From the NCBI RefSeq assembly GCF_964204645.1, contig NC_134027.1:5674485-5738484 (forward strand): a DNA stretch of 64,000 nucleotides. The letters are read 5' to 3'. Below, in pieces: positions 1-14,284 of this stretch (position 1 is the stretch's first letter; each line of letters opens with the position of its first letter). The translations under genes were made by a program, and so were the position numbers. Below the pieces are notes generated by a model. That model did not search any database, was not told the DNA's origin, and saw only the letters and a list, made by a program, of their open reading frames with translations. Origin of the DNA: Tubulanus polymorphus (taxonomy: Eukaryota > Animalia > Nemertea).

Positions 1-3000
1 ATCAGTCGTTTTTATTTTGTGGAGGTTTCTAGGCGATATTGAGAGGTGCTGCCACGGAGTGTGGCGGTGATTGCGTGAACTAGTTCTTTTTTCGAAAAAA
101 ATTACTCGGGCGTGTAAATGTTAATTCATTCGTAGTATATCTGATAAAATATTGATCATCAATTACCAGAAGGTTTTCGTTGGCTATTGAACTTTGAATT
201 GATATTTCTGTTTGAAAACACTTGAGGGCAATGATTTTACTATAAATAAATGAATACACAAAAGCACGTGATAGAATAGTACATAATATCATTAGGAGAT
301 CGCGTATTGTTTTTGATAGTTGAACGCGTTCATTACTTAAACGACACATTGATTTCATTGTAATATTTTGTATATAAGTAGGTACAAATCTAAATCAGCT
401 AGCGAATTATTCTAATAGAATATCCCATAGAAGTACTTTTCTAGTGGCCAAACTGTCACGAAGTCACTGACCCTATACGGTACGGTATAATTTTCAGATG
501 AAACAGGTGCGCTGGGTTTGCTTGTTACTGTATCTTCGTTTTAAAAAATTTGTCTAAATGAATGATTTTATCAGAACAAACATTAATGTAACAATATACT
601 TCGAACCACCTGTCATTGGATTGGTTTACCGATGCGATAGAAATATCGTTTATCCCCACTTAAAGTTCTGTGATATTGCTTGGCGATCTAATAAAAAATA
701 TTACAAAATATTTGTAGAACTTATTACTATCGATTCGGGTTATGAAGCTCTATCTTTTATGCCAATGGTTTTGTTTTTCAAGAACTGATGTAGTTGTCCT
801 GTATAAGTTCGATGACATTTTGTACGTCACACAGAGACAGGTGCTTTTAGCTATAACTATTCGCTGATGACTAGCGGAAAACCCGAGGAAACCATAGGTG
901 TTTTAGCCCGGTTCGACAGTTGTGAGTTAAATTTCAACCCTAAGGTGAAACGCTAACTCTAGTGGATTGTAACCAAACCCTTTGGAACTGAGTCCTGAAC
1001 TTAAAAAAACGTTTCTCGGCATTTTGGAATACATAAATATGAATGTGTTCTCCCTTGCGCGTCCTATCCTATGACTGCAGAGGCCACTGGCAACAGAATT
1101 CTAGGTAGCAAGCAGTTACGTATTTCCAACACGGGAGACGAACCTTTGATAAGTTGGTGTTAATCTTTAGTTTAAAATAATAATTTTCTTCGAGGCTTGA
1201 TTCGTTCCTAGAACATTCTCAGTTATTTACAGAACTGAACAGTAGACAGTCACAATAGATTTTTATGAACGTTCTGTGTTTTTATGATCCTTTTTGTTAA
1301 TTGCTATCATCCTATATTCTATTTTGAGTGATGACGAGCAACAATTTTTGGTTAAGGCCCAGTCTTTGGTTAAGACAAAATGGTCGATACGTTCATTTTT
1401 GTTCTCTGTATGATTATAACATTTCAAGATAGTTTAAAGCTTAATCACAGTTTCCAATCATATTAACATCAATTGCACGATAGAAAATTTCGTGAAAAGA
1501 TTCACTGGATGCGCTGACGATATACCATAGTTTGATATTTTGAGCACACGTTTGATCTACGTTCTACAGTGAAACAAAATGTTATCATTGGTATTTACTG
1601 TTTGTTTACAAAAGCTCGGATATTAACCTCACTCGTGGGGGAAAATGCAAGTTAGTTCAACATAACACTGATCGATACTAAAATAGAAATACAGGTGATC
1701 TTTCTGACTAAAGGATTCTTGACAAGAACACATTCCGAATGCCTCAGATGAGATCTTTATAGGAATGCAATCCAAGTATCAAATGACATCATTATTCATC
1801 CAGGAAATGCCCCATATTTGTGTTGAATGCGCGTGGGAGAAATCTGCAGAATATTGTATCGGATGTCTAGACAGCTTATCTAATCCGCAAATCACGGCAT
1901 CAATTCTTACTGTATATATCTGATATATCTATCATTGTGCAGTAAGTAACCTGCACAGAATATTTCGTATATGCTGATTAGCCTGGCTGATATTTACAAC
2001 ATCCAGGACTACGTGCTTTAGTTTGGTACGATATGAAACCTGCTACACGGGAAACTTTTAACAACCCGTTTCACGTCACGCCTATTGTTCCCATGTGTCA
2101 TTTTGAGTCAACAGTGAATTCTTGAAAAATATCTTTTACAAAGAAATTTAAAAAAAAAATTGAAATATAAATCCAAATCGCTAAAATTCGGGTTAGCGTA
2201 AGAAAATCACTTTTTCATCTTAATTTCGCTATTTGAAGATCTTACAGAACCCCTACCAATGTTTCGCGCTTTCAACTCTCACATTGCAAAATCTGCCATT
2301 TTCAAATCGAGGGCCCATTAGGTCTACCCCTCCAAAAAATTATAGAGCCGCCCTTGATATGAGACCGGAATATGTGCTCGGCTTTGATTAACCTACATTG
2401 TCTACATAATCTATTGTCGATCTAGGATATTTTCATGTACTACCTCAATTTGCCTAATACGTATGAATCATAATCACGCGCTGGGTATTTTGAACTAAAT
2501 AAAAAGAAAATAAAAGATTTGATAGATGATTAAAAGTCATATCCAAACAAGGTAATTCATGATTGTCTGGTGGAAAATATCATCTGGTTTTCCCAAAGTC
2601 GAGCTCCGCAATATAATACATAAATTTGATAAAATCATTGAATAAACAAAACTGTATCGAATCACACGGCGTCGTTATTTAATGTAGTTTTTTCGAACTA
2701 GATGAGGCAATCTAGTTTAGCGTGTAAACATATAAATATGACATTAATTAACAAGAGAGACCTGGAAGCTGAACTGTAATGATGTAATGGTCTAACGTGC
2801 ATGGTATTCGCTCCGACAACTATAGTCATGCGCCTAGGCAACTTTGGCTGAGGTCTGGTGACATTGAAGTATTCATTGTATTTGATAATAGTAATGACAT
2901 ATACGTGTTTTAAAGTAGATCAGTAGGTTATGGATGGTTTGACAGGTGATGTTAAATTCCTCAACCTTGAACAGGAATTTACACCATTTTTAATTATTAA

Positions 3001-5242
3001 CGGTTTGACGTTGATAATGAATCATACTGAAAATATATGTATGCCTGCTCTGATATGCTTTTTGTTTAGAATACCTCTGCAAGTAGGTAATCTAGAATGA
3101 TTTCCTGTTGCCCGTTTGTTAGGCACGTTGTCCGTTGACTTCTGGTGCGAAATCCGGAAGATGCATGGCAAAAAAATTACCAACAACAAGTTTCCTATAA
3201 AACTTTCTCATGCAAATTTTTATATGTTGTTCGCGAGGTTGATTCAATGTTATCTTACGTGTATCTAGTAAGCAGGGTATTCTTCTTGTCAGCTCAATAT
3301 TTTGCGGGTGTAAAACAACGTTTTTCCACTATTGTTTAACCTGCCGCGAGTGGGTGGAAATTAAGAGACCGTAGCAGTGGTAACCAGCCAACATTTCATG
3401 GAGTCATGCCTGCATGAATCTGATGTTGGACAGAAGAAGCCAGTGCAACCTTGGCCCATGATAACAGTGCCTCCTACAACCAGGATAATGCACTGTAGTT
3501 CAACAGTTAAACGCACGAAAGAGAATTTTACTTTGAGTTTCTTTTTCTAGGGGTTGAAATGAGTTTGCCTAACATATAACTGCGGATATTGTGGTATATT
3601 CTTCTGAATATAGGAAATAGATTGCCCAATGATTTTCACCGGATCTCCGTGATTTTCACATGATTCTGAGTATTCAGTATTAATCAGGAAATTCCTCTTA
3701 CTCAAACCGCGACATTAGCAGCATTCACATCAAATTGAAATCTCTGGAAAACAGTTTAATTCATACATAATGGTGCTAGTGAAAAATACCGTGATATACC
3801 ACAATACATTTTCAGATGTTTAAAAATGCATCTGCGTGGCCAAAGGACTCATTGTTCGCCACCGGGGGCAAGGCCATCGAATAAATCCATTCCAGGGGTT
3901 GACATTCACCACCAGGGCTTTTTGCGCACTTATTTACCCAACAATCCAGAGACTTGTTAGTTATGGTCTGCTCGACTATTTTCTCTCATTACCTCAAATC
4001 TTATGTCTCGCTTTCCTTGATTCTTAAGTGAACCTGGCTTCCGAGAGCACCAATCATTTTAATCTCCATCGAAAATCAACGGTATTCAGCTCTCAATATG
4101 TTTTTTTCACTGTCTCATATCGAAATGCCAAGAACACCCGCCTATATATGATACGGGGTATATGTTTTTCTGACTGCTGACATTTGAAGAAAGAAATCTT
4201 TGCCAACTCCTTGGTATTTGCCCTCGCCTCCATTCACTCGGCATTTTCCCTCTTATCATTACATCACAGTAACTCAGTTTTCTCCAGTTTTAAAAGAACC
4301 ACTGTCTGGCAGACCTCTGTGCACAGCTACGTACAATTCAAATCTTACACAATAATCCGAAATGACTACAAATGCTTTTTTCGTTTCTTCGATACAGCGT
4401 ACCAAATTTTATCGAAGAGATTTGATTTTCATGGCAATTGAAATAACCATAATCGCTGTACGGTGTCATTTTTTATGAAACTGATATAAATTGGGTGACC
4501 CGTTTTCAGATCATTTCACCTGGTATTAAAAGTGAGTGTATTCATTAGTTTATTAATATATGACCGAGTGTTTAGTTGTAATGAGCTCCTCGTTAGCACA
4601 TTTTTAAATAGTCTAGACAGATGCTGGTTGTTATTATAGAAAACATTAACTAAATTACGGACTTTTTCCTATAGCTGAAATACATCGTATGTGTTTATAC
4701 ACATATGCATACATTATATACATATTCTCCTTGATTTGGTTACTTATCTTTGTATAAAATAAGTGAACATTCATAATTGCTGGAAAAAGGTGGAATGATT
4801 TGACAAAAATCTACTTTGCCCGTACGTTTGACAACTATCATAATATTAAATGATTAAATGAAAATGTTGTATAAAAGATATTAGAAATAGAAGATTCCCT
4901 GTTTAGATCAGCCGAATGTGAAAAACAACCGTTCTTTATATTCGGGCGGATATACGTTAATCTGATACCGGCTCGGAAAAAAATGTGATATATAATTACA
5001 TAGATTTGATCGCAGCTGTTGTGATTACGCTGGTCTAACACGTGCTGGGTTTTTTCCTGGAATATCTCAAGATTAACCTCTTCTTTAACCTATCCTCCGA
5101 TCAGATTGATTCATTGGTCATCAATCAATCGCTTTTCGGTGAATTACTGCGCATGCGCGCAACCTCGCCGCAAAAAAGTTTAGCGGCACGCGTTGCCATC
5201 CAGCGCAGGGTCATAGAGAAGTCACTGTCTGTATAGTCATAC

Positions 5243-5263
5243 CATGGACTCGACGAGTCCATG
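5243..5263. mobile_element. P-superfamily-like mini-palindrome / putative excision footprint
   Basis: CATGGACTCG-A-CGAGTCCATG flanked by the perfect 7-bp direct repeat GTCATAC (5236-5242 and 5264-5270). Confidence 0.75.
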
Positions 5264-5871
5264 GTCATACTGTCGTTCCAGAGTTTTTAAACAGATACCA
5301 TAGAACTCAGCAGATACCAATCGATGACAATCAGCCTTGGAAAATATGGATAGGCGCCCACCCATCTATACCCGTCAAGGAATCCGAACCCACTACGCTA
5401 AAGCTGTTCCCCGAACTGCTGGCTGTTGGAAGCGAGTTCGGGAGTGATACCGGACCCCTAGCAAGGGAGGATGGCGCCCACCACGAGCGTCTGCATTTTT
5501 ACATTGAAACTAAGTGGTGCGATTCGAAGATTCTACAATTTCAATATTCTCTAGCTACCTTTTTCTTTCGGACAAAAGGCACGCGTTGATTCAATGACAA
5601 GGGATGGTTTTTAGCATATCGGGGTCAGTGGGTTCAATCGGCCCTGGAGTCTTCCATCGTAGGCGCACTTGGCATGTGCATCTACATGTTTATAAATAGC
5701 ACATTCTGCGCTATATATGTACATGAATGATACGATCAGGTGCAGTGCTGCTGGGTGGCCTACACTCTAGAACTGCGTATTTATGGCATCTCACATGTGG
5801 AAGGCATATTCTAGTATGTGTTTCCACCTATGAACGACCCTCCACTCAGAGCCAGGTATGACTGTGACCTC

Positions 5872-5960
5872 TGAATTGAATTGAATTTATTTTGCATTTC
5901 AAAATTACATTATAACATAGAAAAATTTACAGGGTTTCGTGTGAATTTTTTTACAATGTA
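5872..5960 (-). mobile_element. Probable non-LTR retrotransposon 3' tail
   Basis: The minus strand ends in AATAAA immediately followed by (TTCAA)n, a typical CR1/L2/RTE-type 3' end. The 5' boundary is not definable. Confidence 0.4.
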
Positions 5961-8900
5961 GCGCAATTATGAAAATGCAGGAGACCCTGAAGGCCTGTGG
6001 TCAGTCACAAATAATGTCATACACACGTGTGACTCCTCGAGGTTATTTAATAAAAGTTATTTAAATTTTAGTCACTTAAAGATGCACTCTAGAAAAAGGA
6101 GTCCATGGATTTACTTAATGTGTCTAGCGGCGGGTTCATACTTGGGGCATTAAAGTCGCAGTCGGTGCTATTGTCGCACAGGTACCAGGTGTCCGTGCGT
6201 CTGGTGTCGATATTCTCAGAAACTTCGCTCATTTTCCTCAAGTTTTGAATGGCACTAGTGACTTTGCAGTTTGAGGATCAGCTGTTGCAGTCGTCGGTGA
6301 AGCTAGAACTTCTATGAGTCATCGGACATTGTAAAGGCTCCCATAATGTTACATATATCGAATGGGTCCCAGATTTCTTTGGATTCGTATCACTCGCGCA
6401 ATATCACTAATAAATTGTGCAAATGCTAATTTATTAGTTAAATGTATAGTTGTCGTCACGCGTTGCTGACTACAGAAATGCTCACTAAATCATGTGAAAG
6501 TCGCTAATGCTAATTTTGCAAATTCAGAATAGCCCATTTATCATTTTACTTCATTTAGAATTTTAATGGCCTTTTATTGATAAAGAATTAAATCCAACCT
6601 CTCATTTCTGAATTATCTTGCCAAGGTTATATGTTAATCAGATTCCGCATGTGTCAATCAAGTACTCACTAGGATTCATTGTTCATTAATTAGATAAAAC
6701 TTGGATCGTAATCAGTTGCAAAAATCTGAACTGTGAAACTGAAACGGGTTTTGCTGGTAGCTTAACGAACACAGCAAGACAAACCCCGAACGGAACACAA
6801 ACACGAAACAAAAAACCTTTCCTGACTTTTTTCGTGACTGCATAGTTACTGCAGAACAGGAACTGGTGTCTTGGAGCGTATTGAGCATTTTCACCCGCAT
6901 CATGACATTAGAATCATTGTAATTCTTGTCAGTATAATAGATTTTATGTTATCGCTTAGTTATTGATCTCAAACAGAATATTAATTCATCCACGTGCATC
7001 AGCAAAATGTGATGTGTGACCTCTGCGTTTTTAAACCGATGACATTGATGAAAACGTGATATGTCACATTTTTGGTCATAACTAATGCAGATTTATGTCA
7101 TTTGAAAAACAAAAATCAATATATACGAGTATATACTTATTACACGTTGCGCTTAAATGTTTAGAAATCTCCCAATCTCTCTAGTCCTCCACCCAAAACA
7201 TTTTTCTCCTTGCTGGCTTTTTCTCCGTGTTTAAAGATACACTTTACGACAGTATAAATCACGATTGTTTACAAAAAGCGATTTTGAATATTTGCCCCAC
7301 ATTTTATGCTTCCAGAAAGGAAAAGTCTATCAATGCTCGCAGCCATCTGATTTATCATCATATTAAAAAATCTTTGCTTATTCGGAGGGATTTTTTCAAA
7401 GATTGTCTTTGTAGCCAAACATCTGGAACAAGTAGGACATTTTCTCGATGAGCTTTTGTCATAATTTCTGGATTTATGGCCATAAGAGACATACTTAGAT
7501 GTCCACCTACTTTCCGTAAGATAGAAATAAACAACATCTGTGACCAGTTAGCTTTCTTTACTTAGATTCGTTGCGAATAGAAAGCCCACGTCGGAAAATA
7601 AGAATTTGGTTTTAGTTGATTTTTCTAATCGTCGGCAAGTTGCTTTCATCTTGTATAGTTTAATTACGAACGGTAATTCAGTTCGAAAAGAAAAAGAAAT
7701 CGAAAAAAAGGCATAGCTTGAGCGGAATGATTAGTGAAATCCGTCCTGCAATCTATTACTTAATATATAGGGCCGGGCTGAATATTTGCGGTTATCAAGG
7801 TGGAATGAGTGGAATTTCATTCATAACCATTCATTCATTCGTTCTGTCTAATGCGGTTGATACGGGAGTGATTCATTTGTCGCGTGGTACGTTTTCATTG
7901 AAGAATCCAGGGTGTACTACGCTGTACCACTTCCTTCGGATTTCCAGGAAAGTTATTAGTCATAATGCGGCTATTACCAGAGCCCTACTAAATGGTTTGT
8001 TATCAAACAAACGCTTCTAAACATTCCAGAAAAATTACATGTATATACATATTTGTAAATAATCACAAAAAACCGATCGGTTTTTTTTCTAGTGTGAGTA
8101 TAGTTGCCTTTCCTAGAAAGAGACACAAAAACTCGTGACAAATCTCACAACTCAGAGCTACGCACCCTTCCGTGTATTCCATAACGTAAAGATAGGTTTT
8201 TCCAATGAACGATGTAAAATTCAAATTATGAACTCGGTGCACCTATATATCTAGTTTCTCAGTTCAGGATATCCTACAATAAGCGAAGTTTCATTCATGT
8301 TGTCACCAGTGAAAGAGTAAAAATTCCTGGTTTGCGGTTCATCAGATTCTTGGAACTGGGCATTCATAGTGCGTGTGAGCTATTAAACAAGGCACTGAGA
8401 TATAGTTTCATATTTTAAAGCGCATTTAATTCATAAATCTTTAGACTGGCTAAAAAAAACCAGTCGTCCATTTTATGTTCTAGGTCATAGAATTCTTGTT
8501 TATCTGAACCCATAAAGATTTGGATTCTTTTTAATCTAGGTTTCATAGCATTCTTTGATGTTGATTGGGGTTTGCATAGATGTGAGCACTTAAGACTTGA
8601 ACCAAGCCGTGTGAAGTTTTGTTTTCCAGGTATTTCAGTAGTTGGTGGTCTTTTTGAAGTTTCAATAGAAATGAAACTGATTTACAAACACCCGTTACTT
8701 TCAGCGTAATTACATGAAAGTCGTTTGATGGCTGAATTTACGTTTGAAGTTTGTCACTCCCGAGTGCTGATGATGTAATTTTAATCCAGAATGAAATACT
8801 TTCTCACAATAAAATCAGCAATAATTTCAATCATTTCTATGCCATTTTTTCGGGTTTATGGTCGAATTGTCGAAAGTACCATCAGCCACATAGTGATTTA

Positions 8901-9377
8901 TTTCACTTCATGTCTGAAGGAAATGTGAGAATATTTAGTATGTCAGATGACAGCCGATGCAGTCTCTAAGAATTTGCACTTCAAGTGGGTAAAATACATT
9001 TACTTCGAAAGAGGATGTCGTTATAAGAATGTATCTTTCCCGTTTAGTCATGCGGGGCATTAAAATTCCAATGTAGATTTATATCAGTTTCCATGTATAG
9101 ACAAACATGAACTTTGTTCTTCCTTGTTCGTTTGTGTTCCTGTTAGTATCGTTTGTCATTCTAGCCAATCACAACTCTGGCGCTACTTTCTTTAGGGTAT
9201 CCTACGGTTTCGGGGATTTCCTAGTGCTCGGTATGACATTCCTTTTGGACAGATATTCCATGAATAACGTCGGTCACAAGTATATATTACTGTTGATCTA
9301 TTTTGTTCTTCCGTGATGGCTCCTCCAGTTCTCTTCGAGGGTCACATGAGAACATTATCGGAACAACCATTTATAAG

Positions 9378-9378
<1 letters not shown>

Positions 9379-9450
<72 letters not shown>
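9379..9450. repeat. (TA)n microsatellite
   Basis: Uninterrupted TA run of 72 bp. Confidence 0.98.
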
Positions 9451-9452
<2 letters not shown>

Positions 9453-10113
9453 GTCCCAGGTTGCACACGACTTTAGTTTAATATGTTCATTATTTAATCA
9501 CTTGATAATGATTAATAGACTGAAATATAAAGGTTCACTCGTTGGATTTGTATAATGAATCATATAGTATTTAACTTTCATGTAACCTTCATGCCGCAAT
9601 GTCTGCCTTATACATCTACATACAGAAACTAAGTGTTCGAGTGGAAAACTCTTTACTATATAACTCCTTTTTGTTTGTTGAAGTGTTTGGCATTGTTGAG
9701 TGGGTGTTTGAGGTTTCTTCCCTTGAGTTCATTGAACTAGAATATCTTCCAGTTCATTTGACTTTAACTATGTACATGTAAGTCTTATAGTTAATTTTTC
9801 ATCACATTTGGCGCCAGTACAGTTTGAATCGATCGAGACAGTTTGAAAATAAAAACAAAAGAGTGTCTAGTGTGACGTCACTTAAACTATGAAAAAAGCT
9901 TGACTATCAACCCTTAATTTTTTTTTAGAAAATATGGTTTTTGTAATTGCGTGTGATGTCGATGACACCTATCATCGTACTATCTGTATGGGAATCAAAG
10001 CAAATACCGTGTGGAACATCTGACAGCATTCAAATCAATAGTGTGCTCACATTTAATACCAATTTTCCAGTGGTATCACTGTCAAGTCACTAAGTGAGAT
10101 GAAAATATCATTG

Positions 10114-10444
10114 TAGCCAATAATTTTTTTCAACTTAGTTTACAATTCCTAAAACAGTAATTAGTCTGTGAAGTATATAATGATGCATGTGTTCTAAATA
10201 AAAAAGATATACGCATATGATCAGACAAAATATTTTATGATTAAACCTATAGGTTTGGCAGTTTTTACACGCCCCACGTTCTAGCCAATAATTTTTTCAA
10301 CTTAGTTTACAATTCCTAAACCAGCAATTAGTCTGTGAAGTATATAATGATGCATGTGTTATAAATAAAAAAGATATCCGCATATGATCAGACAAAATAT
10401 TTCATGATTAAACCTATAGGTTTGGCAGTTTTTACAAGCCCACG
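10114..10444 (+). repeat. Tandem duplication, two copies of a ~168-bp unit
   Basis: TAGCCAATAATTTTTT...GGTTTGGCAGTTTTTACA starts at 10114 and again at 10282, with only a few substitutions and indels. Confidence 0.95.
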
Positions 10445-11373
10445 CACATTTTCAGCAGTTGTTTCAATCTGCATGATATTACATGTATAAACGGAAATGG
10501 TTTTGAAATATTTCAAATGATATTCATAATGTGTGTAGCATGGAGAAGAATTTTTTCTGGTGGATGAATTTTGTATACAGATTTTCTAATGAAATAAACC
10601 CTTTTTCAGTGTTTAAGCAGCAGTTATTAAATGTAAATGCGAATTAAATGTTAGGCTCTCAATGCCGACGTATTGTAAGATCCATGATTTTGTAGAAATT
10701 CTAGGCACGCATTAGACTGGATTTTGTATCGATTGTAGAAATTAGTATCGAGCACATCGTATGGGGAGACATCTTTTTTCATAATATAATGATACGTGAG
10801 AAAAATACTACCTACGTACCATCAGGAAAATACTCGAGAAGAAATGCACTTATCTGAAGTGGTATCATAGATGTTAGTATCATTTAAGCATTAAACATTC
10901 TTTTGATATGAAATAATGCGATTGGTGATTTTATTGATTCGTTCATACAGACTTTAAAACGAAAATGCACTCTTTCGTTTGAGCTTCCGATTCATTTAAC
11001 AGCTGCAACTATTACTATCTGAGTTCATGATTGAACGTTGACCAATCCCCCTCTGGACTAGCATAGTCGTTTCAAGGTGTAATATCTTTAAATCGGTCTT
11101 ATAATCATGGCTATCAAAATGGGTTTCTTGCTTGTGCTTCTTTCTGGCTGTGTAAATTCTCACTAAATAGGAAAAGTGATCATTTACGTAAAATCAGAAA
11201 TACGCAAAGACTAGTCTTTATGAATTTTTGGTAAAATTGATGAAGTTATTGAGAAACCAACCACAAATCGGCCAGATAAAGCCATTCCCGGGTGGGTAAC
11301 TGCGTGACAGAATTGGAGAATATTTAGCGTATTATAGCACACTGTCGTGTGGATGTCGTTCACCTTAACAAAC

Positions 11374-11645
11374 GCCGCGATCACGAGGAGACGATTTGGC
11401 CTGGGCCAAATTGGCACGGATCAGGCTCGAGCCAAATTTGGACCGTGCCTAATTAGTGAACGCGCTCACACGAAAACCACTCACTCGCTGCTGAACAACG
11501 TTTAAAACAGGGAGGTGGACCCGCCTCCCTGTTCAAACTAAGCTAAGTGAGTCATTTCCGGAACCAGTTGCAATTCTAACCAATCATTTGTCCCGTGCTA
11601 AAATTTGGCTCAGGCCTGGTCCGACGTTTTTGGTTCGATCGCGGC
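11374..11645. mobile_element. Degenerate non-autonomous DNA transposon (Harbinger-like MITE)
   Basis: Terminal inverted GCCGCGATC / GATCGCGGC, with internal iterated GCCAAATT(T)GG and GCACGG/CCGTGC motifs in both orientations. TSD not preserved. Confidence 0.5.
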
Positions 11646-12024
11646 TGATGTACCACCGCAGGTACACTAGGATCGTAGTGCGACGGAGATCACTGTGGAA
11701 ACAAAACTTCCGGGTCTGGGTGAAGGGTGTCGGTGACCTGTTTTAAGGAGACCTGTTTAACCGCAAAAACAATCAAAAATCGGCCATATTGATTGATTTT
11801 TTTTAACATTCCCACGTGGTCAATACTTAGTATAATAGGTTTTTCACTCGTATCATGATTGCACTCATTAAAAACCGTTCGGTTCGTTGACCCAACCCAC
11901 TCAAAAGCCACGTGTGTTGACATTTCTGAATCAGAAATCGATCGATCGAGTTGTACATTTGAATGCTCTGCTCGCGAAATATGAATAAATATGCTCCGTT
12001 CATTAACCGGATTGATTAAAATTA

Positions 12025-12144
12025 CTGGGATTGATACATGTTGGAGTATAAAATTTGCCGGGGTAATACTATCGAAAAATGTAAAGCGCTCTGAGCAGCC
12101 TGGCTGGATTTAGCGCTATATAAGACACATATTATTGTTATTAT
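12025..12144 (+). mobile_element. 5'-truncated SINE / L2-type LINE 3' end
   Basis: TGTAAAGCGCTCTGAG...TTTAGCGCTATATAAG followed by a (TAT)n-like tail, matching the stem-loop plus tail shared by L2 LINEs and their partner SINEs. Confidence 0.7.
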
Positions 12145-12637
12145 ACTATATCATTGATTATTGAGTGGTGCAAGAGTTTGTTTTTCTGCAAATCTACATC
12201 AATCTGAATGCGTTTAAGTGAGGTCATTTGCCTCGAGGTTTTGATTAATCTCTTTCGATTTTTTGCTTTTAAATATCAATGAGTCGCTGTGATGGAAATT
12301 TGTATATTATGATCATTGATCTTGTTCGCTATATTTGCTAGTTGATGTTATTGTCTGAGACATCATGATCATTCCCAAATGGCAAAAATGCATAATTATG
12401 ATCAATCAGTTCGCACAACTGATGATTATTTCATGACAGGTGGAAAATTGTTCGTGACTTGAAATCAACGGTCCATCGATCATCATTGACAGTTTCAATG
12501 TTGTTTTTGAAGTCTCACTGAGCAAGTGCCACTTTATTAAGACGTGGACATTCATCAAGGGATGCTGCATGTTGACTATTTGAAAAAAGGATAGATCATC
12601 GATTTATCAACATCGGCCGATTTTTACTGGGGGACTG

Positions 12638-12737
12638 TGGTCTGGTTTTATAGACTGGTGTTAACTTTAATCCAGGGGTTAACACAATTCATTTTCAGTT
12701 GAGTAAATCCTGTTAATACCAGTCTAAAAAACTGACT
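12638..12737. mobile_element. 100-bp MITE, PIF/Harbinger-like with CWG target
   Basis: Imperfect ~27-bp TIRs (TGGTCTGGTTTTATAGACTGGTGTTAAC / GTTAATACCAGTCTAAAAAACTGACT) flanked by CTG on both sides. Confidence 0.65.
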
Positions 12738-14284
12738 CTGATTCCAACCGACTTAAATTAATAAGTTACCATGAACCTTAAATTGTAATCATTAGGTCGA
12801 ATAGGCCACGTAGATATCGACAGTTGTGTCTATGAATTAATTAATTGTCATTTCATGATAATTCCTGAAAACGTCACATCATGAAGTCAGTCGCTCGCTA
12901 TAGACTATAATCAGTATTCTTAGACCTGTAGTAGTCTAATTTTGAACAAATAAAAATTATTTAATTTAAGAGATTGGCCTTCACATTAGATAACGTGTTT
13001 AATGGTTGGTGTTAGATAATAATAAACCGATAATGGTTTTTATAACAGCTTTCAAAATTATATCATATTAGTAGTCGCAAATACCTGCTATTATACGTCG
13101 ATGTTTTTCCTCCTTTTGGAAATAGAAAGATTACGAGCCTAATTCGTTATTCTATATTTCAAAAATGCAAGAGACTGTGTTGGTACTGGAGGATGTGCGA
13201 TGCTGATTTATCCATTGTACGTGAATAAGATAGCATTGATTTGAATCCAATTATGGTTATGTAATAAAAGGTTTTCAACAGTATGTCGGTGGGATGTTAC
13301 CAGATAATGGTTTTTTATAATTCAAATTTCTAAAATTGATCACCGCTTTTCAGTCATTCTTGGAATTCACGTATTGTAAAATCAGCTGTTGTTTCATATG
13401 AATTACATCTATGTGTGTTGTAGTCTGGAATCTACTTGAAATATGGCTATAGACCCGATAATAATGTTCAGCCCATGACCATATGGTGAGCATCTGCATG
13501 AATTAAGAATTCAGATAATTCATAAAATAGTCTGCTGTATGATCTAAAAGGGAAGATAAATAAAAAGTTAAATTCAATCGCAAGCAAACTATGGTGTTTA
13601 TCAATTTGTCTTTCAGCACAATTGACGAATCAAACATGGATATTAGAATCTAACACAATTAATGGAAAACATCAAAGAGCCTGATCTGAATCTTGCGGCA
13701 AGGGCATTAAAATGAGATCTGCTGTTTATTTAATGTCATCTGTCAAAACAAAGTGGCTCTGGTCGACTGGTGGCCATTGTAACCGAAATCAATTGCAAAT
13801 TTGTAGCTCATAAAATGTTCTATGGTTGTGGTGAGTTTCAGGGTCACTGGTTTCAGCATATTGGTTTCAGGGGACGTTGAATATTGAGATTGTCAGATTG
13901 TTTAGCATTTCAAACCATTTTCCCAAGTTGGCATGGTGTCCCTGGACCCCTAGTCATTAGTTCTGCTCTTTAGTTCACAATTGTTTCTATCATGCGACCA
14001 CGTAGTTTTTTTTTTGTTTTAAATTGAGGCAAGCTGTAACACGTAACGCATGCGGCCAGTTTAGATGCCATTTCCTAGATCATATCCTCCGTATTTATTG
14101 TTACCACTCATTTTATTTCATTCAAGGTCTTGATCCAGTTCTGTGTATATTTCAGATCGAATGAATGGTCATTCGGAAGGTAATCATAATATATACTGGT
14201 TTTCGGCTATTGCACACTGATCTTAAAGATGAAATCATCATACACACTCGCTTTATTATAAAATTTCACTGGAATTCAGTCTTA

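Noticed and set aside
2320-2356. GAGCCGCCCTTG MITE-like right end
   Set aside because: No matching left terminus found.
3840-4450. Possible LINE relic on the minus strand (IIV*DLNC and KSPG motifs)
   Set aside because: Only two short motifs, and their spacing is too short for an endonuclease-to-RT interval.
6081-6107. GATGCACTCTAG...GAGTCCATG as a P-like footprint
   Set aside because: The right arm fits, but the left arm is decayed and the flanks do not match; not counted.
7227-7330. YDSINHDCLQKAIL resembling the RT 'AFDSV.H..L' motif
   Set aside because: No downstream QG or YADD motifs.
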